64,000 nt of DNA. Origin: Eledone cirrhosa (Eukaryota). Positions 1 to 13,273 of the stretch are shown piece by piece (the first letter of the stretch is position 1; every line of letters starts with the position of its first letter). The translations under genes were made by a program, and so were the position numbers. Location of the stretch: assembly GCA_964016885.1 (NCBI GenBank), contig OZ024741.1, forward strand, positions 131,812,001-131,876,000, in the 5' to 3' direction. The notes under the pieces were generated by a model. That model was not told the DNA's origin. It saw nothing but the letters and a program-made list of their open reading frames with translations, and did not search any database.

Positions 1-296
1 ATGGTTGTATTTGCGCATGTAAGTGAATGTAAGTTTGAGCTTACATATAAGTAGGTATGAGTTTGTGTTTGGATATGTATGTGTTTGTATATATGTGTGT
101 ATGTTTGTAAGTGTATGTAAGTTTACATTTAAGTTGGTAGGAATTTATGTTTATATAAGTATGAGTTTGTATATGTGTGTGTTTGTATATATGTAAGTGG
201 ATGTAAGTTTGAGTTTACATTTAAGTTAGGTATGTGATTGTGTTTATATAAGTATGAGTCTGTATATATCTGGGTGTGTTTATATATATATATATA

Positions 297-351
<55 letters not shown>

Positions 352-1420
352 GCGTGTGCGTGTGTGTGTGCGTGTGTGTGTGTGTGTAAATATATGAGCG
401 TATAGGGGTTTTTGAATAAATATGCGTATATCTGTGTATGTCTGGAAATGTTTGTGCGGGGTATGATCGCGTACGTTTGCTTTGATGCGTGTATTTTAGT
501 GAGTTAATATGTAAATGTATGCGTGCGTGAAATTTTATGTTCTTCGTTTCGATGTGTTTGTATGCGTATATTTATATGTTTATGTTCATCTATGCATGTT
601 TGTGTGTATGTATTCGTGTTGTATATATGCATTGAATTTCTGTATGCATGTGCGTTGTTGAACCTGTGATTTAATGCGCTTTTGAGTTTATCATATATGT
701 ATGCACATGTATGTATGTGTATGTGAGTGTGTATGTAAGTTTGTGAAAGATAACATGACTATGTTTATGTCTTTCTTTCATACTGTATATTTTGAATCTC
801 TGTGTATTTATTTATCATGTGTTCTCTCTATTGCTTCTGCATCTCCCCTTCACTATTTCAGTGTGTTTACGTATATGTACATGTGTGTGTATGTGTGTGT
901 ATTATGTACATGTGTGTGTATGTGTGTGTGTTTCTCCCCTGTACTATGAAATTTATTTCACTATGTGTATATATTAAGGACTGTTCATATCTATTCTTTT
1001 TCATTCTCCACCAATGTGTTTGCAAGAGAGGTAGAAAGAAAGCAAGAGAAATATAGAGTGTGAGATATTGGGAGTGTGTAAATGTTTGCATGTGTATCTA
1101 ATATAGCGTTATACACTAAGCTTATATATCATGTTCTCTTTCTCTCTTTGTCTCTCTCTCTCTCTCTCTTTCTCTCTCTATATCTCTCTCTCTCTCTCTC
1201 TCTCTATCACTCGGTCTCTCTCTATCATTCGCCCCCGCCCCCTCTCTCTCTCTCTCTATGTCCATATAAATATATTTATATGTGTTTGTGTGCGTGAGTG
1301 TTTGTGAATATATATATATATATATATATATGTTTGTGTGTATTTATATATATATATATATATATGTGTAAGTATGTGTGTATACGTACATACATATATG
1401 TATACAGACGTACAGTAGCA

Positions 1421-1506
<86 letters not shown>

Positions 1507-1676
1507 CATACATATATATACATACAGGTACACATACATATATGCACGTATCAGTTTAGCAGACTTTTATTATAACGCCGCTTTGTTCGTTTGTAAACAA
1601 ACTGAACAGCCTGAATTTTTATGCCATACGGTGTTAAGGCAACCACGTCACCTTTTTGTTCAACACTGACACAGGA

Positions 1677-1719
1677 ACGATGTACTAGTTTCAAGCTTGT
1701 TAGCTATCATCAGCACCGT
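1677..1719 (-). ncRNA. Minimal type I hammerhead ribozyme (family A)
   Basis: Minus strand ACGGTG-CTGATGA-TAGCT AACA AGCTT-GAAAC TA GTA-CATCGT: helix I 6 bp (one GU), helix II AGCT/AGCT, palindromic helix III ACTAGT, GUA site. Confidence 0.85.
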
Positions 1720-1956
1720 ATACCCATCTGCCAGATAGTTGAAGGTTCGAAAGTATATACTTTCCTTATGGAAATTAACGGCTGAGCAGCCTAATTTGCA
1801 TATCGAGTGAGCTAAGTCGGTCAGGCATACCGAAAACGATGAGTTGAAAAAAAAATGAAAACGAAATTTCATTTCTCACTCTTAGTACGGCACTTACTTA
1901 AATGTAAGTATGTGTGTATACGTACATACATATATGTATACAGACGTACAGTAGCA

Positions 1957-2036
<80 letters not shown>

Positions 2037-2189
2037 CATATATATACATACAGGTACACATACATATATGCACGTATCAGTTTAGCAGACGCTTATTATA
2101 ACGCCGCTTTGTTCGTTTGTAAACAAACTGAACAGCCTGAATTTTTATGCCGTACGGTGTTAACGCAACCACGTCACCCAGATGGGTAT

Positions 2190-2232
2190 ACGGTGCTGAT
2201 GATAGCTAACAAGCTTGAAACTAGTACATCGT
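2190..2232 (+). ncRNA. Minimal type I hammerhead ribozyme (family A)
   Basis: ACGGTG CTGATGA TAGCTAACAAGCTT GAAAC TA GTA CATCGT; complete core; predicted cleavage after 2226. Confidence 0.85.
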
Positions 2233-2398
2233 TCCTGTGTCAGTGTTGAACAAAAAGGTGACGTGGTTGCCTTAACACCGTACGGCATAAAAATTCAGGC
2301 TGCTCAGTTTGTTTACAAACGAACAAAGCGGCGTTATAATAAGCGTCTGCTAAACTGATACGTGCATATATGTATGTGTACCTGTATGTATATATATG

Positions 2399-2476
<78 letters not shown>

Positions 2477-2596
2477 TGCTACTGTAGTCTGTATACATAT
2501 ATGTATGTACGTATACACACATACTTACATTTAAGTAAGTGCTGTACTAAGAGTGAGAAATGAAATTTCGTTTTCATTTTTTTTTCAACTATATAT

Positions 2597-2700
<104 letters not shown>

Positions 2701-3176
2701 ATATATATAAACATATATATATTTGCGTGTGTGTGTGTGTGTGAATGCGTTAGTGTGTTAGATTAGTTTGTAGTGTAGATTCCTTACTTTATCTGTAATG
2801 GATGTTTCTTTATTATCCAGCCTCCTTCCCCCTGCCTAAATTCTGTTCTCTTCGGATTAATTCAATAATCGTTCATTTATCTACTTATTTACTTATTCTA
2901 TTTCGTTAGTCTCCCTATTTCGTTGTTTTATCTGGTCAGTCATTGCAATAATCCACGATGATATATATATATATATATATATATATTGGAAGTATGAGGC
3001 GCATGCGCAATACAAACAGCGGGAGTGAGGAGGAGTGTAAGAATGAGAGGAAGAGTGAAGGAGAGTATGGAGGAAAGAGGAGGGAAATATATGTAGTTAT
3101 GAAGTGAAACAAAATGGCGAGTAGAATATATTCGCTATAAGAGGAAGGGAGACGGAGAATGTTTGGCTTCATAGTC

Positions 3177-3250
3177 AAGAAGAAGAAGAAGAAGAAGAAG
3201 AAGAAGAAGAAGAAGAAGAAGAAGAAGAAGAAGAAGAAGAAGAAGAAGAA
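3177..3250 (+). repeat. (GAA)n microsatellite
   Basis: Perfect AAG/GAA run. Confidence 0.95.
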
Positions 3251-3464
3251 TAATGAGCAGGAGGAGGAGAAAGTTGATGCATATGTGGAGAAAATGGAGA
3301 AATAACGTTATAAAGGCCTAGTGGTTTCGTCCATAATATTTGTAGTCTTATTTAAATGTAACTGTATAGGACAAGTAGCTAAGTAATCAAGTGACACACG
3401 GTATATACATACACTGGACAACAATGGACATATAATGAAAAATGACAAGAACGAAATAAGAACA

Positions 3465-3523
3465 CGTATGAATGTATATATATATACATATCGACCCTTT
3501 TTGGATATCTCATCAGATATACG
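3465..3523 (-). ncRNA. Degenerate hammerhead-like motif
   Basis: CGTATAT CTGATGA GATATCC AAAAA GGGTC GATA (GAAA>GATA), palindromic TA-rich helix III, then ATACG. Confidence 0.35.
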
Positions 3524-3551
3524 AACTTATATGTGCAACGACACATCTAAA

Positions 3552-3753
<202 letters not shown>

Positions 3754-3840
3754 GAGTGTATGTGTGGTAATCTGGTAATGAAAATCCAAAAATTTGGCGA
3801 GCATTCAATACTTGGGACGGGTATATATATACATCTATCT

Positions 3841-3965
3841 GAAGGCGCGTGGCTGAGTGGTTAGAGAACTGGATTCGCAATCGTGTATTTATGATTTCGA
3901 TTCCCGGACCAGGCGATGCGTTATGTCCTTGAGCAAGACACTATATTTCACGTTGCTCCTTCTAC
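3841..3965 (+). mobile_element. tRNA-derived SINE 5' fragment
   Basis: GGCGCGTGGCTGAGTGG A-box, TTCGATTCC B-box, then GTCCTTGAGCAAGACACT...TTTCACGTTGCTCC shared with the SINE at 39661-39945. Confidence 0.75.
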
Positions 3966-4129
3966 CTGGATTTGCGATCGATAGATAATATTTGCAATTG
4001 GAAAGACCAATAGAAACATTGTAACTTCGGTTCGGTTTGACGAATTCCACTCCACTCTTTAGCAATGAGGTCTGGGATCTTGTCGATCGACTGTCGATAT
4101 ATATATATATATTTATAGGAAAATGTTCA

Positions 4130-4320
4130 AGACCCGACAACAGATCTCAAGCCGTTTCGACGGCTATTTCTGGACTACTACCCTAAGTATTGAGTACTGT
4201 GGTGCGTTATGGTCCATCTGGTTCCTTACATATATATATATATATAGATATATAGATATATAACGAAGGAAGTGTTGTAAGGAACCAGATGGACCATAAC
4301 GTATCACAGTACTCAATACT
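4130..4320. mobile_element. Short fold-back remnant of the PLE family at 24980-27359
   Basis: CTCAAGCCGTTTCGACGGCTA (3' half of HHR, minus strand) and GTAAGGAACCAGATGGACCATAACG match 24980-25120; 4185-4230 and 4275-4320 are inverted around (TA)n. Confidence 0.75.
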
Positions 4321-4338
4321 CAATATATATATATATAT

Positions 4339-4470
4339 ATTGTTTCTACATTTGGCACAAGGCCAGCAATTACCCAGTGCATTACTGGTACTTTATTTTA
4401 TCGACCCCGTAAGGATGAAAAGCAAAGTTAACCCCGGCAGGATTTGCACTCAGGCCGTAGAGGGACATAA
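4339..4470 (-). mobile_element. Abundant SINE (family S1), 5' part interrupted by Helitron
   Basis: TTGTTTCTAC-TTGGCACAAGGCCAGCAATT...TATCGACCCCGTAAGGATGAAA shared with ~12 other copies. Confidence 0.8.
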
Positions 4471-5216
4471 CTATATAAAAGCGAGGATGTGTGTGTGTCT
4501 GTGGACAAATTTGGACACCTAAGGCTTTTACAATTCCCAACCGAATTTGACCAAATTTTCTGTGCACGTTGCACCTGTCGCTAAGATTGTCACATGACAA
4601 CATTTTTTCAAATCGACCCACGTTGAGCAATAAAAATCGATAGCAAAATTATCGATAGCAAAATTACTTTTTTCTAAAGTGCACGATGTAAGGAAGATAA
4701 CAATGAAGACAAAATCCTTATGGGATTTTCCATGCAAATTAAAAGTTGCAATTACTTTTATATTTTTCGAGCTTTTTTTTATCAAATGTGAGGCAAGCAT
4801 TGCGTATGTTGTCGAGGTAATACAAGAAGACTTTTTTTCTAAAGTGTATGCTGTAAGGGAGAAATCAATCTAAAAACAATCCTTATGGGACTTTCCATTC
4901 AAACTTTTGTTACCTACAATTTTTTAAGTAATTTCGTCCATATTTGAGGTAGGCATTATCTATGCTTCCAGGATATTGTGAATTTATTAAAAAAAACTAT
5001 TATTACAATGAAGAAATCAGTTAAAACAAAATTTTCCTTCATTATCAGCATAGTTTTATGTGTACAATGATTGCACTAAATATTCGTTTGCATTAATTAT
5101 TGAAGACTTCTGCTTATTTTGACAGGTTGGGGACAAATAATTTTCTTCTTTTACTTCCTAGCTGTATATTCTTAGCATAATTTCAAACCCCGGGCAACGC
5201 CGGGTAAATCTGCTAG
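4471..5216 (+). mobile_element. Non-autonomous Helitron-like element
   Basis: 5' CTATATAAAAGCGAGG + (GT)n; 3' hairpin CCCGGGCAACGCCGGG followed by CTAG|T; internal direct duplication. Confidence 0.7.
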
Positions 5217-5375
5217 TATATATTAAAAGAAAAGAATAGTGAAAAATAATTTTTCTTCGTTTCGTTTCAAAATAATGTTTTTCTTCAGTAACTTGACTAC
5301 TTATCCTATATTGTATGTGAACGTATTATGTATGTTTGTATATGTTTTCATATACACCTCCCTCTCTCCATCTCG

Positions 5376-5435
<60 letters not shown>

Positions 5436-5443
<8 letters not shown>

Positions 5444-6257
5444 ATACTTGGGAGGGTCATATTTGTGTAATATTGCCAGAATTAATAACAGAACTATACG
5501 AACATGCCAGACAACAACACGACGGTAACATAGACAACATAGAAATTAGAATAATATCTAAACATAGAAATGACCCAGCAGATAGGCAAATCAGAGAGGC
5601 CAGTGAAATAGAATTTAGAAGGCCAAGGCTAAACAGAAAGAAGGAATGGAATAACAACAACACCCAAACAAACAACACTGACCTAAGAGAAGTATAAATA
5701 AATCGATAAATAAATAAATAAATAAATACACAAGTACAATAACAACAAACACATATAAACACACACTAGTAAAGATAGAATACATTAACCAATACACAGT
5801 CACCCAATCACGAACACACATCAAACAAAACACTATACACACACGCAAACGCATGCGCAAAGAAGACAAAATAAAATAAACAAATAAATAAATATATAAA
5901 CAGACTAAATAAAGATGGCGTAGAAAATACAATGCAACGGGAGGAAACAATAGCACCACTGACGATGCTGCAGATGTGCAACGAAAGAATTTTGCTAAAC
6001 TATATATATGTGTTTGTGTCTATATTGTATCTGTATTTTTGACCGTTGGTCAGTCAATGGCAACATTGAGGACCGAATAAATTAAATTACCGATATAAAA
6101 GACACAGAAGCGAAAAGCGACAACCAACCAAACAGTTGAGTGTGTTCTGTTATTAATTCTGGCAATATTACACAAATATGACCCTCCCCAAGTATAACAA
6201 TATTTGTTTCGGCACACGATTTCATATCAAAAACCTCGCAAAAATAATTCAACGTCG

Positions 6258-6258
<1 letters not shown>
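5436..6258 (+). mobile_element. 5'-truncated Penelope-like element (family B): GIY-YIG C-terminal remnant, HHR-like motif, inverted 5' end
   Basis: 5490-5650 encodes ELYEHARQQH...DPADRQIREASEIEFRRPRLNRKKEW (PLE endonuclease tail); 5436-5493 is inverted relative to 6146-6203; flanked by (TA)n. Confidence 0.75.
5951..5996 (+). ncRNA. Hammerhead-like motif (family B)
   Basis: CTGACGA T GCTGCA GATG TGCAAC GAAA; helix II has one mismatch here but is perfect in the 14378 and 58471 copies; helix I weak. Confidence 0.5.
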
Positions 6259-6292
<34 letters not shown>

Positions 6293-6321
6293 ACACACAC
6301 ACTCTCTCTCTCTCTCTCTCA

Positions 6322-6396
<75 letters not shown>

Positions 6397-6961
6397 ATAT
6401 ATAAAGGAGGCGGTTCGTCACAGTGGTAATACCTGATGGTGTACCACCACCGAATCAATTTTGTTCTCTGGTTGTTTGCTGTAATCTAGAAATTGATTAC
6501 TTAATCTTTGAAATTTACTCCTGATCTCGTCGCCATAAATCTCACGCCAGGGTGGGATGATGTAAGCGGGCCATAGAAATACGTATTGTGATTTTTGCAA
6601 CATTAAAGGAATATTTGGAACTCGGCTTTCTATTATATGTATATTCATGAATATATTCATTTAAATATATATATGTGCCATCAATATTGCCAATAAAATA
6701 TTCTCCTTTTCTGACTGAAAATAACTGTTGCCGTTAGTGAGGGATTGGATCTGTCTTTGTGCTAAAATATGTTTATGATAGCCTATAAACAGTAATTAAA
6801 ACAGGAATTCTAGCATCAAATCTACAGCCGCCCGAGGTGGATTTGTGTCAATGAATAACCATACACATACATAGCATATATATACATACATAGATAGCAT
6901 ATATATATATATATATATACGTGTGTATGTGTGCTTGTGTGTGTGTATGTATATATGTGTT

Positions 6962-7002
<41 letters not shown>

Positions 7003-7049
7003 ATAAAATAACAGGAGGCTGGTGTGGGGTAATTCCTTAAAGATTTATT

Positions 7050-7107
7050 ATACTATGAACATTTCAATGGCCGTGTTCAGTATGAATCCGGTGACATCAT
7101 CAGCTAT
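7050..7107 (-). ncRNA. Hammerhead motif (family C) in short element ~7005-7205
   Basis: ATAG CTGATGA TGTCACCGGATTCA TAC TGAACACGGCCATT GAAA TG TT CAT A GTAT; sister copy at 57541-57598. Confidence 0.55.
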
Positions 7108-7219
7108 TCGAAATTTAACAAAGGAATATGATCCATGGGGCAGAAAAGGCAGAGAGACAAGAAGGCGGCCACACATTTAGCAGTTTCTAGTTCGGTCGGC
7201 CGGCCTATATTATATATAT

Positions 7220-7304
<85 letters not shown>

Positions 7305-7432
7305 ATAATAATAAATATGAAGACTAAAATCCAAAGAGGGCTCGATAAGGATAAATATATATCAAATATATAAGAACCGTAGAGCAAATATTTACTAAAA
7401 TAACAGATTAAAGTGTAAGCAAAGAATCGCTG

Positions 7433-7519
<87 letters not shown>

Positions 7520-7590
7520 TAAAAGAGATTTGGCTGACACATTTTAAAGACAAATTGGCGATTGTGCATCGACACATATGCACACGCACG

Positions 7591-7629
<39 letters not shown>

Positions 7630-7638
7630 GCGCACGCA

Positions 7639-7677
<39 letters not shown>

Positions 7678-8218
7678 ACACACACACACACATATATATA
7701 TATATACACACACAAACATACATATATTTGCCTCTATGTCTGACTGTATGTATGTATAAGTGTTTGTTTGTGCTTTTTCTATGTATGTGCAAACACACTC
7801 GTAAACGCACACACATATATACACGTATATTATATACATATGTTTACACACATGAAAACATACTCTCACGCATACAAATACCCACAGGCACAGCCAAGCA
7901 TTAATAATTAATATTCAACAATGCACAAGAACATATAGGTTTCGAATGACATATTGTTGGAAAACTATAGAATTTATGTGATTGCCTGACACCCAGATTT
8001 CTGTATACTGTGCACTGATTGGTCTATTTTGATCATGTGATTTGCAATCTTTCCAACCTTCGTCTGTCATGACTTATTTGAACAGTTTTATATAATGCAT
8101 CTTTGATTCTTGTTTAAATCGCTGTTTTTATGAATAAAATATGATGTTCCGTGCTTGTTTCACCTTAAAGTTATATGTACAATAACAATAACTCCAACAA
8201 CAAATACAACGATAATAA

Positions 8219-8432
8219 TAATTGTTTCTACATTTGGAACAATGCCAGCAGTTTAAAAGGAACAGAAAAGTCGATTAAATCGACCCCAGTACGTTATTGG
8301 CTCTCTATGTTATCGATCCCGTAAGAATGAAAGGCAAAGTTAACCTGGTCGGGATTTGAACTTAGAACGTAAAGGACTGTAACTATATGCCGCAAAGCAT
8401 GTTGTCCGACGTTCTACCGATACTGCCAATCC
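8219..8432 (-). mobile_element. SINE family S1
   Basis: Matches S1 consensus including GGGATTTGAAC (B-box complement) and GATACTGCCAATCC head. Confidence 0.8.
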
Positions 8433-8854
8433 ACAGCATTTTGCTAGATAACTATAACTACAATGATAACAATAACAATAGCTACAGTGACAGCTGTAAC
8501 AAAATCTACTACAACTACAACTATAATGAAAACAGCAACAATGAAAACAGCAACAATGAAAACAACAACAACTGCCTACAACGACAAAAATAATAACTAC
8601 AGCTATAACAATAACAACTATCCCGACATGGATAACAACAATAGTAACAACCATAATATAGACAGCATCATCGGCAACACTAACCATTACAACTAATGTT
8701 TTTGTTATCGGACCTCCGTCGTTTCCAGCGAAGAGTGTTCTATGTGATTCAATCAAAAGAACAGCTTTTTAGTAAACTAAGCTTTTAAAGGGGCTGAGCA
8801 TACCACACGTGTCCCAGTCTTGCGAAATTGTTCTCTTGAACTAGATCCTGTTCT

Positions 8855-9010
8855 ATCTAAACTTTACAGCATTTGCCTCGGTGATTCTTGCTTTCCATCT
8901 TGTTGGAAATACTCTTCTTCCAGTTTTTAAGAATTCTGGAGAACAGTTGAAATTCATAAATATAATCGCAAATTCTGCCTCACACATCTCACCTATAGAA
9001 TTCTCTTCCA
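8855..9010 (-). pseudogene. Possible decayed Tc1/mariner transposase fragment
   Basis: Frameshifted IFMNF..PEFLK / LEEEYFQQDG resembles the mariner FQQDGA motif; no TIRs found. Confidence 0.25.
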
Positions 9011-10197
9011 GCTTTTTTGCATTTTTGACCACTACAATTTTAGGAAATTCCAGAGAAACATCATTCGTCATCTTCCCTCTCCTTGAATTATGTACTCTCT
9101 ATCTTGTCCTTTTCCTTTTTCGCATTATTGTCTTGCTTAGGGTGAGAAAAATAAAGACTAGCCTTTTGAATTAGAGGTACCATGCATTTTTGTCAGCTGA
9201 GTACACTCGATTAATGTGGTTTAAACTATCTTGCTCACCAACACAACGCACCGTCCAAAATCGAACTCACGACTTAATACTCACAAATCGAAAACTATAA
9301 CCACTAAGCCAACAATAAGAATAACAACGGTAATAAAAAGAATAGCAACAACAGCAGCAATAACAACAAAACAACAATAATCAGATTAACAACAGCAACA
9401 ACAGCAGCAGCAACAACAACAACAATCACACAATCACAATAGCATCAGCAACAGCAATCACATGAACAACAAAAATCACACAGACAACAACAATCGCATC
9501 AAGATGAACAGCAACAACAATCGCATCAAGATGAACAGCAACAACAATCGCATCAAGATGAACAGCAACAACAGCGACAACAGCAACAACCGCAACAATG
9601 GATAGCAATTTTCATTGAAATCATACCTGAACGTCTCTATAAAGAAAAGGAATGCTTTTGATCTTAGGTCAGCTGAGTGAAGCCTAAGCTGGGGCTAAAC
9701 AACAACAACTAAAACAACAACATCAGTAGTCACATCAATGACATTCCCTGTTAGTGGTGTGTCCGTGAGATGTCACTAAGGTTCTACTTCTGTTACACAA
9801 TTGCCAGCAGTAAAGTGCTATTGTCCATTTAAGGCATCCCCAACTTGTCATAGTGTATTGATGTGTTGTTGCACATTAGAAATGGCATGCAGTGTTGTTG
9901 TTGTTGCTATTTGATGTTGTTGTTGATGGAAGCTAACAAATATATACACACGCGTGTACGTGTATCACATATATTCCTCATATACTGTTTATATACAAGC
10001 TCTACATCGAACTATAGGCTTATAGTGCAGACCCGCTTCCATCTCTTTCTCTTTTCCACACATCCAGATACATAAAATGAACGGAGGCTAGGCCTACACA
10101 TAAAGTTATACATGCATATATATATACTTATAGGTATGCACGCATTTGTACGAGTACGTAAAGTTTTGTATTCACATATATATGTATATGTGTGTAT

Positions 10198-10255
<58 letters not shown>

Positions 10256-10259
10256 ATGT

Positions 10260-10305
<46 letters not shown>

Positions 10306-10306
<1 letters not shown>

Positions 10307-10866
10307 TAGGGCGGGTAAAATTCCCGAGATCCATGTACGAATTCTCTCCAGCGGTCTCTGTCCCTCATCATCGCTGCCATCTCATGCGTCTCCAAGAGAC
10401 CAGTGTCTGTCCTTAGGGCATCAACATATGTCAACCTCGGTCTTCCTCTTCCAGTGTGTCCATGCAGGGACTCCCACAGGAGCACTGAGTGCAGTGTTAA
10501 CTCTGGATGTCGGTGAGCATGTCCAGCTAACCTCAGTCTCCTCTGTGCTACTCTCGAGCTGACCTTTGGGATGCTCCCGTACAGTTCTGAGTTCTTCATT
10601 CTCAATATATACTGATTAATGTTCAGAGCAATCCTCAGCATTCTCGTGTAGCACCCATCCACCATCTGAATGAGTTTCTTGGTCAGTGTCCAAATCTCAG
10701 ACCCGTCCAGCAGCACATACTTCACTACAGCAACGAAGGGACGGATCTTCAGGTCTTTACGAAAGTCTGACTTCCACACCGATCTCAAGCTGTGGCATAC
10801 CACGCAGGATTTTCTCTTCCTCTCGACCACATCATCTTCCGTATTCCAAATCTTTGCTCCCAAATA
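10306..10866 (-). mobile_element. 5'-truncated RTE-like LINE 3' end
   Basis: YLG...GSEIWTLTKK...DGCYTRMLR...RRLRLAGH...GRGRPRLTYVD...DRDRWR C-terminal motifs; stop codon runs directly into (CA)n. Confidence 0.9.
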
Positions 10867-12202
10867 CAGGAATATATATATACATACATATTCATACACC
10901 CATATGCATATATACATACATAGTGGAAAGTCTACTCGTGTTCGAGTACGACCATTCGTTGGATCGAAAGAAATGAGATACAGAAACTTCCAAAAACATG
11001 TTATTGATGTATGCATATATGTGTGTGTCTGTATTATATATATATATATAAAGAGAGGGAGAGAGAGTGAGAAAGGAAGAGACAGATTTCCCTAATCATT
11101 TACGAATTGTCACTCCAAAACTGCTTTCATTGCTTCAATTATTGGTCAATAATAATACAATTTTCTTTTGAAAATATCCTTGGTAAATTGGGTAATGGAG
11201 GCAAAGATAAGTAAGCAATTTTGGTATGTCTTATGCAGGCTGTTTGCTCTGTAATGTCGATGCCTTCCTCAGTTCAGTAGGTTTATAGGTTTGATTGGCA
11301 TGAATGAAATTAAGAAAGAAAAAAGGTGGTTAATTACACAGCTTAAAGAGGCAACTAAGATATATCGATCCCACTATAATAAACATGATTAAGAGTTTTT
11401 TTCTGTATTTGATTGTTTTTGTGTCAAATACATAGATATAGATTTATGTATAAATCAGTCTCTTTTTTCTCTTTCTCTGTCCCCTTCTCCTCCCCTTCTC
11501 TCTCTCTCTCACTATATATATATATATGTGTGTGTGTATGTGTGTGTGTGTGTATACATGTGTGCGCCTTTCTCTGTGTATGTGTATACATTTATCTGTG
11601 TCTAATAATCAATCGATTTACTTATCTATGGCAATATGTTTGTTTTTAACTTTATCTGCATATATATATATATATGTGTGTGTGTGTTTGTGTTTGTGTG
11701 TATGTATATATATATATATATATATATATAAAATCAATTTAAACGGGTGACTTGGGGAGGTATCTCCTACCATTTACAATTAAGAAAAAAAAAACAAGAT
11801 AGACAGAGATAAAAAAAGCATTAAAAAAATAATGGAAAACGTGGAAAACTGTAAAGTAACTAAAAGTTTCTCTTGTTGATCTTTTCCAAGCTTCCGTGTA
11901 GCAAAATATATTTTTATTGTTGGTAGATTTTTGACAATATATCTTGGTAGTTTTTTCTTTTACGATCAGCTTCAAGATGTCCTCTCTCTCAGACTTATAG
12001 CTTCTACACTGGAACAAATAATGACAAAGTATTTATAGGAAATCTCCACAAGAACATAGAGGCGACTCTCTGTGGCCTGTTCGTGATAAAATGTAGTTCA
12101 AAGGTATATGGGCCCGTACGAAACCAGCATGACTTTTTTTTCTATTGAAAATTTACCTAGAGTTAGAAGCTTAAACACGCGAATTTTATTGACTACGAAA
12201 AA

Positions 12203-12277
12203 TATTGGGTCGTTAACTATGAAATTTGTAGAAAAAAAACCCAGATTTCTACAAATTTCATACTTTACGACCCAATA
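12203..12277. repeat. Hairpin / inverted repeat with ~31-bp arms
   Basis: TATTGGGTCGTTAACTATGAAATTTGTAGAA versus TTCTACAAATTTCATACTTTACGACCCAATA. Confidence 0.85.
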
Positions 12278-12603
12278 GTCTAACTAATTGGGCATGAAAG
12301 CCACGGGATGGAAAAAGTTGAGAGAATTACCCTTTTTACATATGATATATTTTAAATATTGACTGACAAATCTGGCTGGAAAGGTGGATGATTGAAATTT
12401 GAGAGCTTACTTTTAGATTCTTCACGAAATTTCCCCTCGCCCTATGACTTTATTTTTGCTAAATGATTTGATTTGCTATAGATTTGAGATGTAGTCTATA
12501 TCTATTATTTCCCTTTGTGCTCCCTCTTTATTAATCCACCTGTTTTCCTGTTTCCCTTGATATCTTTATGATCTGGTGTCAAAACATTATTTGTTTCTTA
12601 TTT

Positions 12604-12790
12604 TCTGGCAGAATTGGCAGTATCGGTGGGACGCCATGCTTTGACGCATAGAGTTACGGCCCTTGCCATTCTGAGTTCAAATCCCGTCGAGGTTAACTTT
12701 GCCTTTCATCCTTACGGGGTCGATAAAATAAAGTACCAGTAATGCACTGGGTAATTGCTGGCCTTGTGCCAAAAAGTAGAAACAATTATT
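12604..12790 (+). mobile_element. SINE family S1, near full length
   Basis: TGGCAGTATCGG A-box-like, GAGTTCAAATCC B-box, 3' GGCCTTGTGCCAAAAAGTAGAAACAATTATT. Confidence 0.85.
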
Positions 12791-12915
12791 TTCTGGGAGA
12801 AATTTATCTATTCTTAGCCCCTCTTAGCAGAGCAATCAAATAGCTTTCACCCGACCTCTTTCCTTCATTGAAACAGTTCTAGCTTTATATTAAACGTAAG
12901 ATATACGTATGATAT

Positions 12916-13058
<143 letters not shown>

Positions 13059-13120
13059 CTCAAACAAACACACACACACACATATATATATATAGACATA
13101 TATATATAGTAAAACACATA

Positions 13121-13273
13121 AACTGGCGTATACCTTCCTAGGTACTCAGAGATTTCCGAAGCAAGCTTTGTTATTGCTACTTCGTTCGTGTGCCAAACTG
13201 AGTGGGGTATGAACGGCAACTTTAACACCTTGCTTCGGGAATCTCCGTGTACCTAGGGAGGTTACGCCAGATT
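13121..13273. mobile_element. MITE-like element with ~45-bp terminal inverted repeats
   Basis: AACTGGCGTATACCTTCCTAGGTACTCAGAGATTTCCGAAGCAAG versus CTTGCTTCGGGAATCTCCGTGTACCTAGGGAGGTTACGCCAGATT. Confidence 0.7.

Larger units (their letters stand above)
1366..2590. mobile_element. Non-coding HHR-bearing PLE-derived / retrozyme-like element (family A): partial tandem plus inverted copy
   Basis: Sequence starting TGTAAGTATGTGTG at 1366 recurs at 1903 (period ~537 incl. internal (TA)n); 2258-2590 is the reverse complement of 1842-2178; HHR motifs at 1677-1719(-) and 2190-2232(+); diverged copy near 62490-62780; flanked by (TA)n. Confidence 0.8.
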
